From Nageia nagi (lineage: Eukaryota > Plantae > Pinophyta), in assembly GCA_050084985.1 (NCBI GenBank), contig JBITNC010000001.1, positions 125,612,001-125,676,000 on the forward strand: 64,000 nt of DNA. Reading direction: 5' to 3'. The notes below the pieces were generated by a model that was not told the DNA's origin, made no database searches, and saw nothing but the letters and a program-made list of their open reading frames with translations. Positions 24,901-37,381 of the stretch are shown piece by piece. The translations under genes and the position numbers were made by a program. The first letter of the stretch is position 1. Every line of letters begins with the position of its first letter.

Positions 24901-27670
24901 AGATGCATTTTCTTGGAGTTATGGTGACCTTAAAGGCTTTCAAAAATATATATTTCAACATATTATTCCTTTGAATCCTAACAGTAAACCTTTTTATCCA
25001 AAGCTGAGAAGATTCAACCTAGATATTGAAGTGATGATAAAGAAAGAGGTCAAAAAAATGTTAGATTAAGATATCATTTATCCCATCATGCATTCATATT
25101 GTATTTCTAATATTATGCCTATGTGAAATAATAATGGTGAAATAAGAATCTACATAGACTTTGGAAATCTAAGCTTGGCTTCGATCAAAGATAACTATCA
25201 ATTGCTAATGATGGATCATTTGCTATATATAGTAAATGGCTCAAAGATTTTCTCTTTATTAGATGGATTTTTAGGATATATCCAAATTTGGATAAAAATA
25301 ATAAGATCAATTAAAGATCATATTCAACACTCCTTGGGGCATACTTGCTTATAAATGAATGCCCTATGATTTAACTAATGTTGAAGCTACTTTGTAAAGA
25401 GCAATGGATTATGCTTTTAAATACCTCATCAAAAAAATCATTATGATTTATTCTGGATGATATTCCCTTAAATTTAACTAATGTGGGAGCTACTTTATAA
25501 AGAGCAATGGATTATGCTTTTAAATATCTCATCTAAAAAAAGTAAAGATCATCTTGAACACATTGAATAAGTCTTAAAGAAATGCAAGGAATTCGAAATC
25601 TCTCTTAACCAAAAGAATTCCATTTTAGGAGTAATGGAAGGGAAGCTCTTAGGTCACATTATCTCTAAGGAAGGAACAAATAAAAATCCAAAAAGAATCC
25701 AATCCATCAAGAAGATACCACTCCTAATGAGTAAAAAAGATTTATAGTCATTCTTTGGGAAAGTAAATTTCCTACACAAATTCATCCCAAACTTCATCGA
25801 AATTATTTTTTCATTTAGTAGAATGGTGAACCAAAACACAAAATTCAAATGGGATAAAGAAGGAAAAGTGGCATTTGAAGGTATCAAAGAAGCTCCTATA
25901 AGTGCTCCCACAATGGTGTAATCAAATTTTAAGAAACTCTTTTGGATGTACACTTATACATTTGATCACACTATTAGGGCTATCCTCACTTGGATAAATG
26001 ATGTAGATGAGGAACATTTGATTACATTTATGAGTCATGCACTAAAATGTGCTAAAGAAAAATATACATTCATGGATAAGAAAGCATTCATCATGGTAAA
26101 ATAAGTAAAAAAATTCAAGGTATATATTACTAGGAATCAAAGAATTAGTTTTGAACCTGACCCTATAGTAAAAACACTAGTCACCAATTATGAATTATAT
26201 GCAACGAAAGGATCATGGGTAGCTAAGTTACAAATGCATAACCTTATCTTCAATCCTATCAAAATGGTAGGATGAAAATACTTGTGCAAACTAATGGGTA
26301 ATGCTTTTCCTATTGAATATTCTCTACAATAACTAAATGAATCTAAAACTCTAGGATGAACCATTACAAAAAAATGTAATGAAGCAACACACAAAGGAAG
26401 GTCCCAAGAACTAGAAACCACATCAAATTAATATAATGATATATCAACATACTTAAAGATTGGAAAAAATCCAAACAAACTACCACCAAATGTGAGATGA
26501 GCATTGTACATTAAATTAGGGAAGTATTGTTTGCATCATAGTATTTTGTTTAGGAAACATTTTGATGGATTACTACTTAATGTGTAGAAAATGATAAAAT
26601 TGAAAAAATGCTCAAAGAATTTCATGATGGAGTATGTGGTGTCCATTTTTCCCCAACTACTACTAGCTACAAAATTATTAGAGTAGGATCTTATTGGTCT
26701 ACACTTTTTCAAGATTCTATCACATATGTCAAAAGTTGCATAGAATGCCAAAAGTTCCCTAGTAGAGAAAAATTTCGGATAGCCCCCCTTAAGCTAATAA
26801 TAGTTGATTCACCTTTCATTAAATGGGGAATCAATTTTGTGGGGCTAATAAATCCATCATAAAGTAAAGGATATGTATTCATCATCACAATGATTGATTA
26901 CTTCATGAAATGGGTATAACCCATTCCAATTTGGAGAGCCACTTTAAGAGTTGTGATCAATTTCTTTGAAAAGAATGTCTACTTGATATTCAGAGTTCCC
27001 ACAACTATAGTTGCTAATAATGCAAGATGTTTTGACTCAAAAAAAATAATCATTCATGCTTTGGAATATAACATACAAATCAAGTTATTTTTGGATTATT
27101 ACCCACAAGCAAATGATCTTGTAGAATCCTCCAACAAAAACATGAGAAGGATCATCGTAAGAATTCTCTAGTGGAATAAAAGAGATTGGCACAATTAGTT
27201 GAACTTTGTGTTATGGGAAGACAAAATTATGCTAAAGGAATCCATTAAATATTCACCCATTTATTTGGTGTATGGATGGGAAGTTGGTCTACTAATAAAG
27301 TTCAAAGTACCTTTCCTTAAGTTAATGAAAAATATCCAATATGAAGAGCCTCTCATTAATTGATATTTTGCTTTATTGGAATTGGATGGGGAAAAAGAAA
27401 TTGTGCTTTGAAATGAAATAAAAAATTAAAAAAAAATAAAGAGATTTTTTTGTCAATATGCATGTACCAAAGAATTTGAAGTAGGGAAACAAGTGTGGTT
27501 AAAGGATAACAAACACGAGGATAAGGGAAAATACTAGAAGTTTGACTCCTTATGATTAGGGTCTTATGAGATCTTTGAAAAAGTATCAAATGAAACCTAT
27601 AGGCTACCTTATGGGAGGGTTACTATTTTCCCAATCCCTTAGAATATCATTCACCTCAAAAAATTCTATC
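21957..27670 (+). pseudogene. Tat-type gag-pol: gag ~21957-22500, protease ~23570-23850, additional RNase H ~24120-24520, RT/RH ~24840-26260, integrase ~26430-27670
   Basis: EHEDVV..FQTFTEEALH; NIMPLKV..SYGMLL; KIYF(D)GSK..TNNIA.YEAL; FSWSYGDLKG; LDGFLGYIQI; EFHDGVCGVH..C..CQ..WGINFVG; YYPQANDLVESSNK. Confidence 0.88.
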
Positions 27671-30599
27671 CTCGTAGTATCAATGAAAATAAAATTGATG
27701 ATATACATAGAAAATCACCTTGATGTCTTACTATTTCTTTCTTAAAAAAAATGTATTTCATTTTTTTTGTGTTTGGTTTAGGTTGGAAGACTTGAGGAAA
27801 TTATGTGATTGATGTTGCAAGTGTGTTCATGAGAATATTCAAGCAAAATTTACCAAAAGGAAGTATTAACCAAATAAAGCCTTTCATGGTATGTACTCAA
27901 AGCTCTTATTCCCTTTACCAAAAATTATGTTATGTCTTCCAAATAGCCCTTAATAATTTCTAGGATTTATTTTGGTTACAACATTGATGCCTAAGTATCA
28001 AATCTTTAATGTGAGCTCTATTTAATGGTCTATAATGAAGCAATAACATACCCCTGGCTATCACTAATATCTATAATAGTCTAGTCATGAGGGCCTAAGG
28101 TTACTAAGAATGGATTAAATGGTTTATTCCTTTTCAAATTCACTTACCTAAATTTGGTAATACTGAGAGGGCATATCTAATTAAAATAAGACTTTTCAAA
28201 TTCCTCAACACTCAAAGTAACTCCAGCAAAGCTATGGTCACTTGACTAATAGTGGTAGAAATGCTTTGAAGTAAGTGGTATCCCTACTGGAGCTATATAT
28301 GCCTAACTAGTAGAAAAGGCAATGCCCAATTTGAAAAGATACCATGGGTGTAAATGGTTAATTTTGTATGCATATATGGAGTATCAAAAAGGGAACATTG
28401 GCATGGATTGGATATAATAAATTTTTTTAAAAATACTTGCACACACTACTCAAGGAAACTTCTTACTTGATCTAGGAATAATTAATGTATTTTCCTCATG
28501 ATCATTTCAAAAGTTTTGGATAACATCAATAATGAACTTAATATATCATGGAGGGCTAGTTTGGAAACATAGTCCTAATTGTTAGTAAAAGATGAGGAGA
28601 TAAAGTTATGCTTTGCATTGATTCTTGACCATAATTTGTCTTGAAGTTTTTCTCAAATTATAATATTATATACTTATAGAAATCTAGAGAAGTATTCTTT
28701 AGTCTTCAAATTTGATTATTTCAATTTTTATTTTGAATTCTTATTTTTAATAAATTGAAGATGTTGTGATCTTTTCCTTGATTGAAACCAAGTTGTCCCT
28801 AAATAGAGCCAATGTTACCACCTAAAATTTTTCAAACTGACAAGGAAGATATTTTTTGATTAGATGGAGTTATATAACACTCATAATCAAGTCCAAAATA
28901 AAAAAATATTGAAATTTAATATTTTTTGAAGTCTTTTTACCTTGGTCAAATCCAATTGACCCTTGATAATGTAATCATCCTCTCCGATTTTGCCTAACTA
29001 TTTTGAAAACATTATTCTTCCTTTGATTGGATCAATTCATAGCTCAACATTTTCATCATCAATGCTTGTGACCTAACCTTATGATTTCCATTAGTCAGAT
29101 CCAACCAGTATTCAACCTAATGCTAGAACTCATTGTCATCATTGTATTCCATTAGACTAACTATTTTACTTGAATCCACTAATTCATTAACAAATAATTA
29201 AGTTCTTTATCATTAGCATCATCGATCCAACCAACCAATTTTCTTTAGCCAAATTGAACCCCCTAATGTCCCTTCAATAATATTTCATTATCAATTAAAT
29301 CAAGGTGATCAAAAATGACCAACTTGATCTTTTTATCATCGATGAGCTTGACTCGACCAACACTATCTATTGGTTAGATCAAATGACTTGATGATAAATC
29401 CTATTGGATTATCATCACCTTTGGTTACTAGAATAACACATTGAGATTGATATTAAATGCATGTACCCTAACTAATTTGAACCTTCCATTGGGTGATGTG
29501 TGTTCCATCCGATCATTGATATGTGTCCCTACCATACCGCCAATATCCTATAAATATAATACCCCCAAATGATAACATTGTAGTAGGTAGGATAGAATTC
29601 AAATATAAGGTGAGGGAGGTTTCTCATATTTCCAATGAATTGCTAAATTTTTTTAACTCACTCAGACCTCTTTTAGATCTAACTAATATGAAGGTAAAAC
29701 ACCTAATCAACACTAGTCAAATCCATGAGGTCAATGATGATAATTATGGCCAAACCTCTCCTTATACCTCTTCTTGATCTAACTAACAAGGTTGTGATCA
29801 TAGGTGCCAATGAAAAGCAAAAGGAAGAAGAGAGTGATGAGGATAATCCAAAAAGGTAAATTTTCCTAATTCATGATAGGTCATATCTAAGGCATTATTA
29901 ATGAAAAATATGCGAGGAAGTGTTATCAATGGTTTTGGTCTAACCAAAAGAAAAATGCACAAGTTTTATGGGTCAGATCAAAGAGAGCATTGAAAAAAAA
30001 TAACAACATGATTCATTGTTCTTACCAACCCAACCCAAAAGAAGCTCAAAAAATGTGGGGTTAGATTGATGAAGATGATGACTAGATTCCAAAAGGTTGT
30101 TGGCTACCTTTTGGACCCAACCCAAGGAAGGGATTAGTAAATTTGAAAGAAAACCTAATATTGGAGATTCAATGAAAATGATAACAAATTATTTGTGATT
30201 ATAAATTCATTAATCATTTCCATTTGAGAAATGAAAGAGAATGATATATCAAAGAGAAAGCTATGATAACATGACATAACAAGCTGCAATAGTAGACCTT
30301 CCTAACCTAACCAAAGAAAATAGTTATAAATCTAATTATAATATTACAATCAAGGATTTGATGATAATAACAAAAAAGTATACAATGGGTCAATAAGAGT
30401 TTATACTTGACCAAGAGTAAAGTTGGTTAGGATTTTGAAGTTGATGATGAGAAGCCTAAAGAAGAATGTCAATCAGGATTTTGATATGACTCAATAACAA
30501 AACATTTGAATATCAAAATATGAGATCTAACTAAGATATTTATTTTGTAGGATGATTTCCCAAAGTGATAAAGTAAAAAAGGGACTAATGAATGCCTCT

Positions 30600-31983
30600 T
30601 TGATCGAGTTACACCAAGAAGGAAGCATGCCATAAGATGTTGTTTTTCATGATGGTTTGAAGGACATTCAGGATAGAGAGTGGAGTCATAATTATCTAAA
30701 GAAAATGAATGCAGACATTGGTATATTTTACAAAGAGCATAAGAAGAATGATGTTGTCTACTCCTCTAGACTATTCAAAGCTACAATGTTTCCTTTCATT
30801 GTGCATTTCCTTAAGCTTGCATTAGCAGTAGCTAAGCATCTAGATGTGGAACATAGAAATCTTAGAGACTAGATAACTTCCCCCCCCAAAAGAATAGAAT
30901 CAAATTTCAACTGGTAAAATAGAGGGATTGCACATGGCAAAGAGCAATCTAAAGCTAAGTTAAAAAAACTTCATAAACCAACCAATGTTGTAAGGGATTT
31001 GTTGAAACACAAGTACCAAGAATTAGATCATTAGAGGGTCATGATGGAAAATAGAGTGTGGGTTCAAGAGAGCACAAATGTAGTACTAAGCTTATTATGC
31101 TAGGTCACTGACCAAGATATAGATGCACACCTTAAGAAGTAGCTTTTGGGTTTTCTCCTAAAAATCAATTAGGGAAGAAGGATAAGATGGAGAATTGTAA
31201 TTAGTGATGCTTTGATCAAATTGCTCTCAACCTTTAGGATCAATTTCAATTTTTATATGAATTCCTATTTAGCTTATCTTTCACTTCATGGGAAGAATAG
31301 AACAAAGGCCACGAACATCAAAGAATTGATTGAACAACCCAACATTCTCATTTATGTAGAATATCCAAAATGGAAAATCAAAAATAAATGGAATGACATA
31401 CAAATGAGGATAAATAAATTAGAATATATTATATAGAATATTTAGTATATTATATATTATATACATGGAAAAGACCATAATGGTGATGAAGGAGATGGAA
31501 GAAAATAACTAGTTCATTATGAGCTCAAGAAAGCATTTGGGTTTAATATTGATTGCCCAAATGAGGGTGAGTGATAAATTCTTCTTTTATCTTGTGTATT
31601 TTCCAACATTAGAGGAGAAATGTAAATAGATGTTATCAAAATTTATAGCGACATATGAAAAGTTGAAGGTCATACTCCAAACCATGGACATACAACTCTT
31701 CGATGGGGGGACACTTGTAGAAAAGACATAGTTGTAGACTAATTTTAAAGGGATGATAGAATATCCGCTATTGACTAACGATTTGAAAGCCATCCAAGAT
31801 CAAAGCATTCTATGGTCATATGATGCTTTAGTCATTTTTGAGCTTAGATTGCAAGATTTGATGGACAAAATTTGAAAGCTAGATGAATAAATAATTATGG
31901 ATGCTTATGGTTTAAAGTTACATGTATGTAAATTGACCAATTTTGTAGGAAAGGACCTACAAAAAAGTTGTTGGAATCATTAA
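30600..31983 (+). pseudogene. Second, internally deleted copy of the LTR-encoded ORF in the 3' LTR
   Basis: ORFs 30657-30872 (RLFKATMFPFIVHFLKLAL) and 31212-31436 (FYMNSYLAY..YPKWKI) match the 5' LTR copy. Confidence 0.75.
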
Positions 31984-32328
31984 AGAGTAACTAAAATTCC
32001 ACCCATGTTTCACCCCTTAGATAGGGTTAATTTACAATTTGGAAAAACTAAATTTGTTAGTTATTGTTATGGAGTTCCATTCCACATATCACCCCTTGGA
32101 TAGGGTAAATAGTCTACATCGTAGAAGGAGGACACTTGAAAAGAAAAGAAAGAGATTTTATTTAAAGAAAATAAGAAAAAATTATAATTAGTTAGATGTC
32201 AATTAATGTTTACTTGTCACTTTATGGTTAGTTAGAGAATTTGAAGAGTCTCCTAAAGTTGAGGAGATATTTTTTATAACTAAAATAAGGTAGTTGAATA
32301 ATTAGGTCTTTCCACCTCCCTTGCATAT

Positions 32329-32335
32329 TATAAAA
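32329..32335 (+). promoter_or_regulatory. Probable LTR TATA box, deleted in the 5' LTR copy
   Basis: TATAAAAgggag followed by a pyrimidine-rich stretch about 560 bp from the LTR end. The matching ~60 bp is missing near 5943. Confidence 0.6.
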
Positions 32336-32901
32336 GGGAGTGAAGTCATTTTTGAAGCTCTTTCTCTCATTGTTGTAAGAAATGACTATATTTTTGAAGA
32401 TTAAATATTAATAAGAAGGCTTGATTGCTCTTATGTTGTTATTCTATTGCTATTACTACTATATGAATGCTTTGTTTACCAGTTTATTAGTAAACTAGTA
32501 TTGCATGTAATTGTAAAAAATTTTGTGAAGTTTCCAAGCTTCACAATAATATTTATGATTGATAGTGAAGACCAATACCAGTGAATTGGTATTGGTTTTT
32601 TTGTTAAATTGATAAGATAAAGATTTTCTCTTTACTTTTAAGCTAATATTTGGGGACATTCTTAACTATTTTAATTTCAAGCAAGTGTTATAGCTAAATT
32701 TATCATAAACAATTTCTTTTACCAGATAAACAGTAAAAATGAAGAGTTTTCTATTTAAGAACTACTGCAAGAATCAATTAGTTTTAAGCCAGTTGAAGAA
32801 GAAGATTGAAGCCTATTGAGGATCCCTTATTAAATTAGAGGATTGCATAATCCCTTGCTACCATCTTTTTCTCCTATAAGAAAAAAGTGGTTAACAGGTA
32901 C

Positions 32902-35900
32902 CATGGTTGCTTTGAACATATCCAAAGAAAATACTATGAAAGGGATCATAAATGCACTCGCAAACTTAAACAAAAAACCCTCTACTTATAATAAATGTTT
33001 TCTCGTGAAAAGATTATTTAATATGAAAATAGGTGGTGGATCTATTGTAGACCACTTAAATGATTTTAATATTGTTACTAATTAGTTGGTTTCACTGATA
33101 TTGGATTTTGATGATGAAGTAAGGGCTTTGCTAATTTTGTGCTCACTCCTAGACAGCTAGAATAGCTTGGTCATGGTTGTGAGTAATTTTACTTCTAGTT
33201 CTAACAAGTTGGTATTTGATGATGTGGTGGGAATAATTCTGAGTGAAGATATGTAGAGGAAATATATAGGAGAATCATCCAATATGGCATTGACTATTGA
33301 GAATATAGGAAGATAGAATAAAAGAGGTAGGAGTCAAAACAAAGGTAAATCAAGAGGAGGATCCAAATCTAGAAGTAAAGTTAAACTTAAATGTTGGTCT
33401 TATGGGAAAAAGGTTCATTTAAGAAGGATTGTTGGTCAAGAAAGGATGGAAAAGAAGATAATGATAATAAGAATAACAATAATCAAGAAGGTAATTTTAC
33501 TAGAAAAATTTTACAAGATGATTTGATATTTTCTCTTGATAAAAATAGTGATTATTGGGTAATATATTTTGGTACTTCATTATGTGCCACTTCTCACAAA
33601 GAATACTTCATATAATATGTTTTAGGTGAATATGGATAGGTTTTGTTGGGTAATGACCAACCATGTAAAATTGTTGATATTGGTACAATTGCAATAAAAT
33701 TATTGAATGGAATCCAATGGGTAATTTATGAGGCTAGACACATCATAGATTTAAAAATAAATCTTATATCACCAAATAAGATTAAAAAGGAAGGGTATGT
33801 AGTAGCATTCAAAAATTATTCATGGAAAATTACTAAAGGTTCAATGGTGGTGGCTAGAGGTACGATGGTTGGAACATTATATTTATTTATTGAAACATCT
33901 ATCTACTTTATAAATGTAGTTGTTACATATAAGAGTGCAATACTATGACATCATAGATTGGGTCATATGAGTGAGAAAGGTATGCATATTCTACATTCAA
34001 GATTATTTCCATAACTAAAATAAGTTAACTTGAGGTTTTGAGGACCGTATTTATGACAAAAAAGAGGGTAATATTCCTCAAGGTTGGAAAAGAGCAGAAG
34101 AAAAAGAAATTGAAGCTTAAGCATTCAAATGTTTGGGGACTAGCTCAGGTAACTTCTCTCGATGGTTCTTCTTATTATGTAACTTTCATATAAGATGCAA
34201 CTAGAAAGACATGGGTTTATTACATAATATATAAATCTAATGTCTTTGATACATTCAAGACATGGAAAGTATTTGTTGAGAATAAAACGGGAAAAAGGAT
34301 AAAGAGCTTCAAATTAGATAATGGAGGGGAGTATTGTAGGAAGGATTTTGATAACTAGGGTTCACTAAATGTGTTGGAAACCTAATCCTTAGGGATTAAG
34401 GTTACTGTAATATTATTAGTTTAGGTATCATAAATGTGTAAGTGCAATTAAAATGTAGGTGAGAGAAAAGCATCTTTATATTTTATATTTCCAAGTTTGT
34501 AAGTGGAAGAAATTCCACATTTCATTAGGAGTCATTGGAGTTTAGGAATGTTTGACATGTGTCATATAGTAGTTAACATCTTGAGCTTATTTAGCATCAT
34601 GGATATTAGTTAGGTATTTTCTATATTTATGGTTTCAGTTAGATAACCACTTTTCTAGGGAGTTATTATATTCATGGTGTTGGTTAGATAACCACTTGTG
34701 TAAGTAGTTATTATATTTATGGAGTCGGTTAGATAACCACTTTTGTGGTTCTTTAAATATCTTTCTTCAATATTATAATAGTTGATTTATTAATCTATTT
34801 TGGAATTTTCGATCCATTCTTACATAATGGAATCAGAAGAATAAAGGTGATTCCAAGGAAACCTCAAATGAATAGAGCAATAATGGAATGTGCAAGGTGT
34901 ATGTGGTTGCATATCAATTTTCCATTATAAAACTATGGGAAAATGTTGTTGATATTTGTTTACTTGATAAATAAAGGACCATCTAGTGCATTGGGTGGTG
35001 GGATTCCAAAGGAGGCTTAGACAATTAAAATTGTCAAATATTCTTTTCTTAGGATATTTGGAAGCCATACTTTTATGCATATTGATAAGGAAAATAGATC
35101 AGATCTAGATGTTAATTCAAAAATGTGTTATTTCATTGGATATGAAGTTGATGATTTAGGATACATATTTTGGAATTATACTAATCGAAAAATCATCAAA
35201 AGTAGAGATCTGGTATTCAATGAAAAGATTTTGTACAAGGACAAATTGCAGGTAAAACAAAATGAATCCAAGTATGTTGAACATGATGATATCAATGAGC
35301 AAAATACTCCTTTTGTACAAGGTTATCTCCAATAAAAAGAGCCACAAAATCCACCTCTTGTTGTTAGAAGATCTATAAGGGTGGGTAAATAACTTGATCA
35401 TTTTTCTCTTGCACTTTATTGTGTATTGTATACTAATTATATTGGTGAACCAAAATGTTTTGATGAAGCAATACATATGGAAGCCAAGAATAAGTGGGAG
35501 CTTGCAATGAATGAGGAAATAGATTCCCTATTCCACAATCAGACATGAGATTTGGTTGAGCTACCCAAAAATAAGAAATCTCAATTCAACAAGTGGGTAT
35601 ACAGGGTCAAGAAGGAATTTGAAGGCCAAAAATGGTACAATGCAGGCTACTGGTAAGTGAATTTGCATAGAAAAATGGAATTGATTTTGAGATCTTTTCT
35701 CCTGTTCTTAAAATGACCTCAATAAGAAATATTTTTAAGTATAGTGGTTGTAGAAAATTTTCATCTTCAATAGTTAGATGTCAAAATTGCTTTTCTCCAT
35801 GGAGACTTCAAAAAAGAGATCTACATGCACCAATCGGAAGGATATGAGGTAAAAGGTAAAGAAGATATTGTGTTGAAACTAAAAAAGCACTTGTATGACC

Positions 35901-36854
35901 TTAAATAAGCTCCAAGGTAATGGTATTTAATATTTGATAATTTTATGGTTAACCAAAACTTATGAGATGTCAACATGATCATTGTGTTTATGCTAAGAAA
36001 ATAGATAATGAAAATTCTCTTATCTAATTATTCTATGTGGATGATATGCTTGTAGCAGGTTATAACATGTAGGATACAAATACGCTTAAGAAGAAGTTGG
36101 TAAGTGCTTTTACTAAGAAGGATTTGGGTCAATCCAAACAAATTCTTGGAATGAGAATAACAAGAGATAGAAAGAATCACATGTTAAAATTATCTCAAAA
36201 TGAATACATTGAAAAGGTACTAAAGAGGTTCAATATGAAAGATGCAAAATCAGTTACTACACCTTTGGATAAACATTTAACTTTACCAAATATTTGTGTC
36301 CTAAAATACAGAAGGAATTAGACTATATGACCAAGGTTCCTTATGTTTTAGTAGTTGGAAGTTTAATGTATGCTATGGTCTGCACAAGACTGGATATAAC
36401 ATAAGCAGTGGGAGTTGTCAGTAGATTCATGAACAATCCTAGAAAAGGACATTGGGAAGCAATAAAGTGTATTCTAAGATATCTGAGAGGTACAACCACT
36501 TATTGTTTAAATTTAATAGGTTCCAATTCTTTCTTACAATATTATATTGATTATGATATGGTAGGTGAATTTGATGGTGGAAGAAGCACAACTAGGTATT
36601 TTTTACCAATGCCAAACTACAACAAGTAGTTATCGTTTCAACACTTGAAGATGAATATTTAGCTACTATAAAGGTTAGCAAAGATTTCATATGATCACAA
36701 CAATTGATGAAGGAATTAAGTAAGTTGCAAGAAGATAGTAAACTATGGAATGATAGCCAAAGTGTTATTCATCTTGCTAAGAACTCAACCTTTCATTCAA
36801 GAAGCAAATACATTACTCTCAGATATCACTTCATACATTCAGTATTTGAGGATG
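32902..36854 (+). pseudogene. Copia A gag-pol remainder (gag, PR, INT, RT, RH) with many stops and frameshifts
   Basis: ORF fragments 33391-33615 (CCHC-like; WVIYFGTS from WVLDSGAS), 35075-35335 (KCYFIGY..SRDLVFNE), 36097-36321 (KDLGQSKQILGMRI), 36408-36629 (HWEAIKCILRYLRGT). Confidence 0.9.
34372..34824. mobile_element. Solo LTR (453 bp) inserted in the Copia A integrase
   Basis: TGTTGG...CTTACA with TSD aaatg/taatg. Removal restores SLNGIRRIKVIPRKPQMN. Contains about 3 copies of a ~45-bp unit (gttagataaccactt). Confidence 0.88.
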
Positions 36855-37381
36855 ATCTTTATGGATTAACAATAGAAAATGTTTCAATTGCATTCTAGAT
36901 TTAGGAGCAATGTATAACATTATGCCCTTGAGGGTTACTTAATTGCTCAAGTTGATCTTTTTCGAGTGTGACCACCCTTGTTACCAATTAGATTCATCAA
37001 ATGTTAGAATAATGAGGAAAATCAAAGATATGACCATATCTTTCGTAGCCTTCCCAACCAAAAAGATCCTAATATCTATATTGATAGTGTATATGCCAAT
37101 ATCGTATGGAATGTTACTCGGAAGATAATTTGAAGCTAGCATGGGCGGAATAATTTCTCTAGATTGGACCTTTGCTCAAATTATTATCAAAGATACCTTA
37201 AAAATTTTCATACTAGAGAGTAGGCAAAGGTTTGCAATGTAGATATAAGAACTTGAGTTGAATAATAATACACAAAATAATTAGAATAGCCAACCCAAAA
37301 ATGGTACCCAAGATCATATCCCAGATAACGAACCTGATATAGCTGTTGTATTCTTTCAAGATTGTGAAATCGACACTTATG
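36855..37381 (+). repeat. ~525-bp duplicate of the Tat protease region (~23545-24070)
   Basis: ORF 36943-37128 is nearly the same peptide as ORF 23611-23817, and the DNA is colinear to acacttatg. Confidence 0.92.

Larger units (their letters stand above)
963..32896 (+). mobile_element. Large Ty3/gypsy Tat-type element (PR-aRH-RT-RH-INT order, TatII-like), decayed
   Basis: Direct repeats 963-6467 and 28813-32896, tRNA-Arg PBS after the first, degenerate TSD tgtat/ggtac. Removing the element restores the Copia A gag frame (LCI-GTMVALN). Confidence 0.9.
28813..32896 (+). repeat. 3' LTR (~4.1 kb, ~1.45-kb internal deletion) of the Tat-type element
   Basis: TGTTACCACC...GGTTAACA. Lacks the part matching about 3637-5088 of the 5' LTR. 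Confidence 0.88.
249..36854 (+). mobile_element. Copia A: Tnt1/Tork-like Ty1/copia element, decayed and 3'-truncated, host to the nested insertions
   Basis: 5' LTR 249-682 and Met-type PBS. Gag start (VEKFN..QKDLYVPL..KKPSTMSNEEWNLL) breaks at 962 and resumes at about 32897-32902 (GTMVALNISKENT..KRLFNMK). Then protease, integrase, RT (YVDDML) and RNase H (AKNSTFHSRSKYI). No 3' LTR. Confidence 0.9.
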
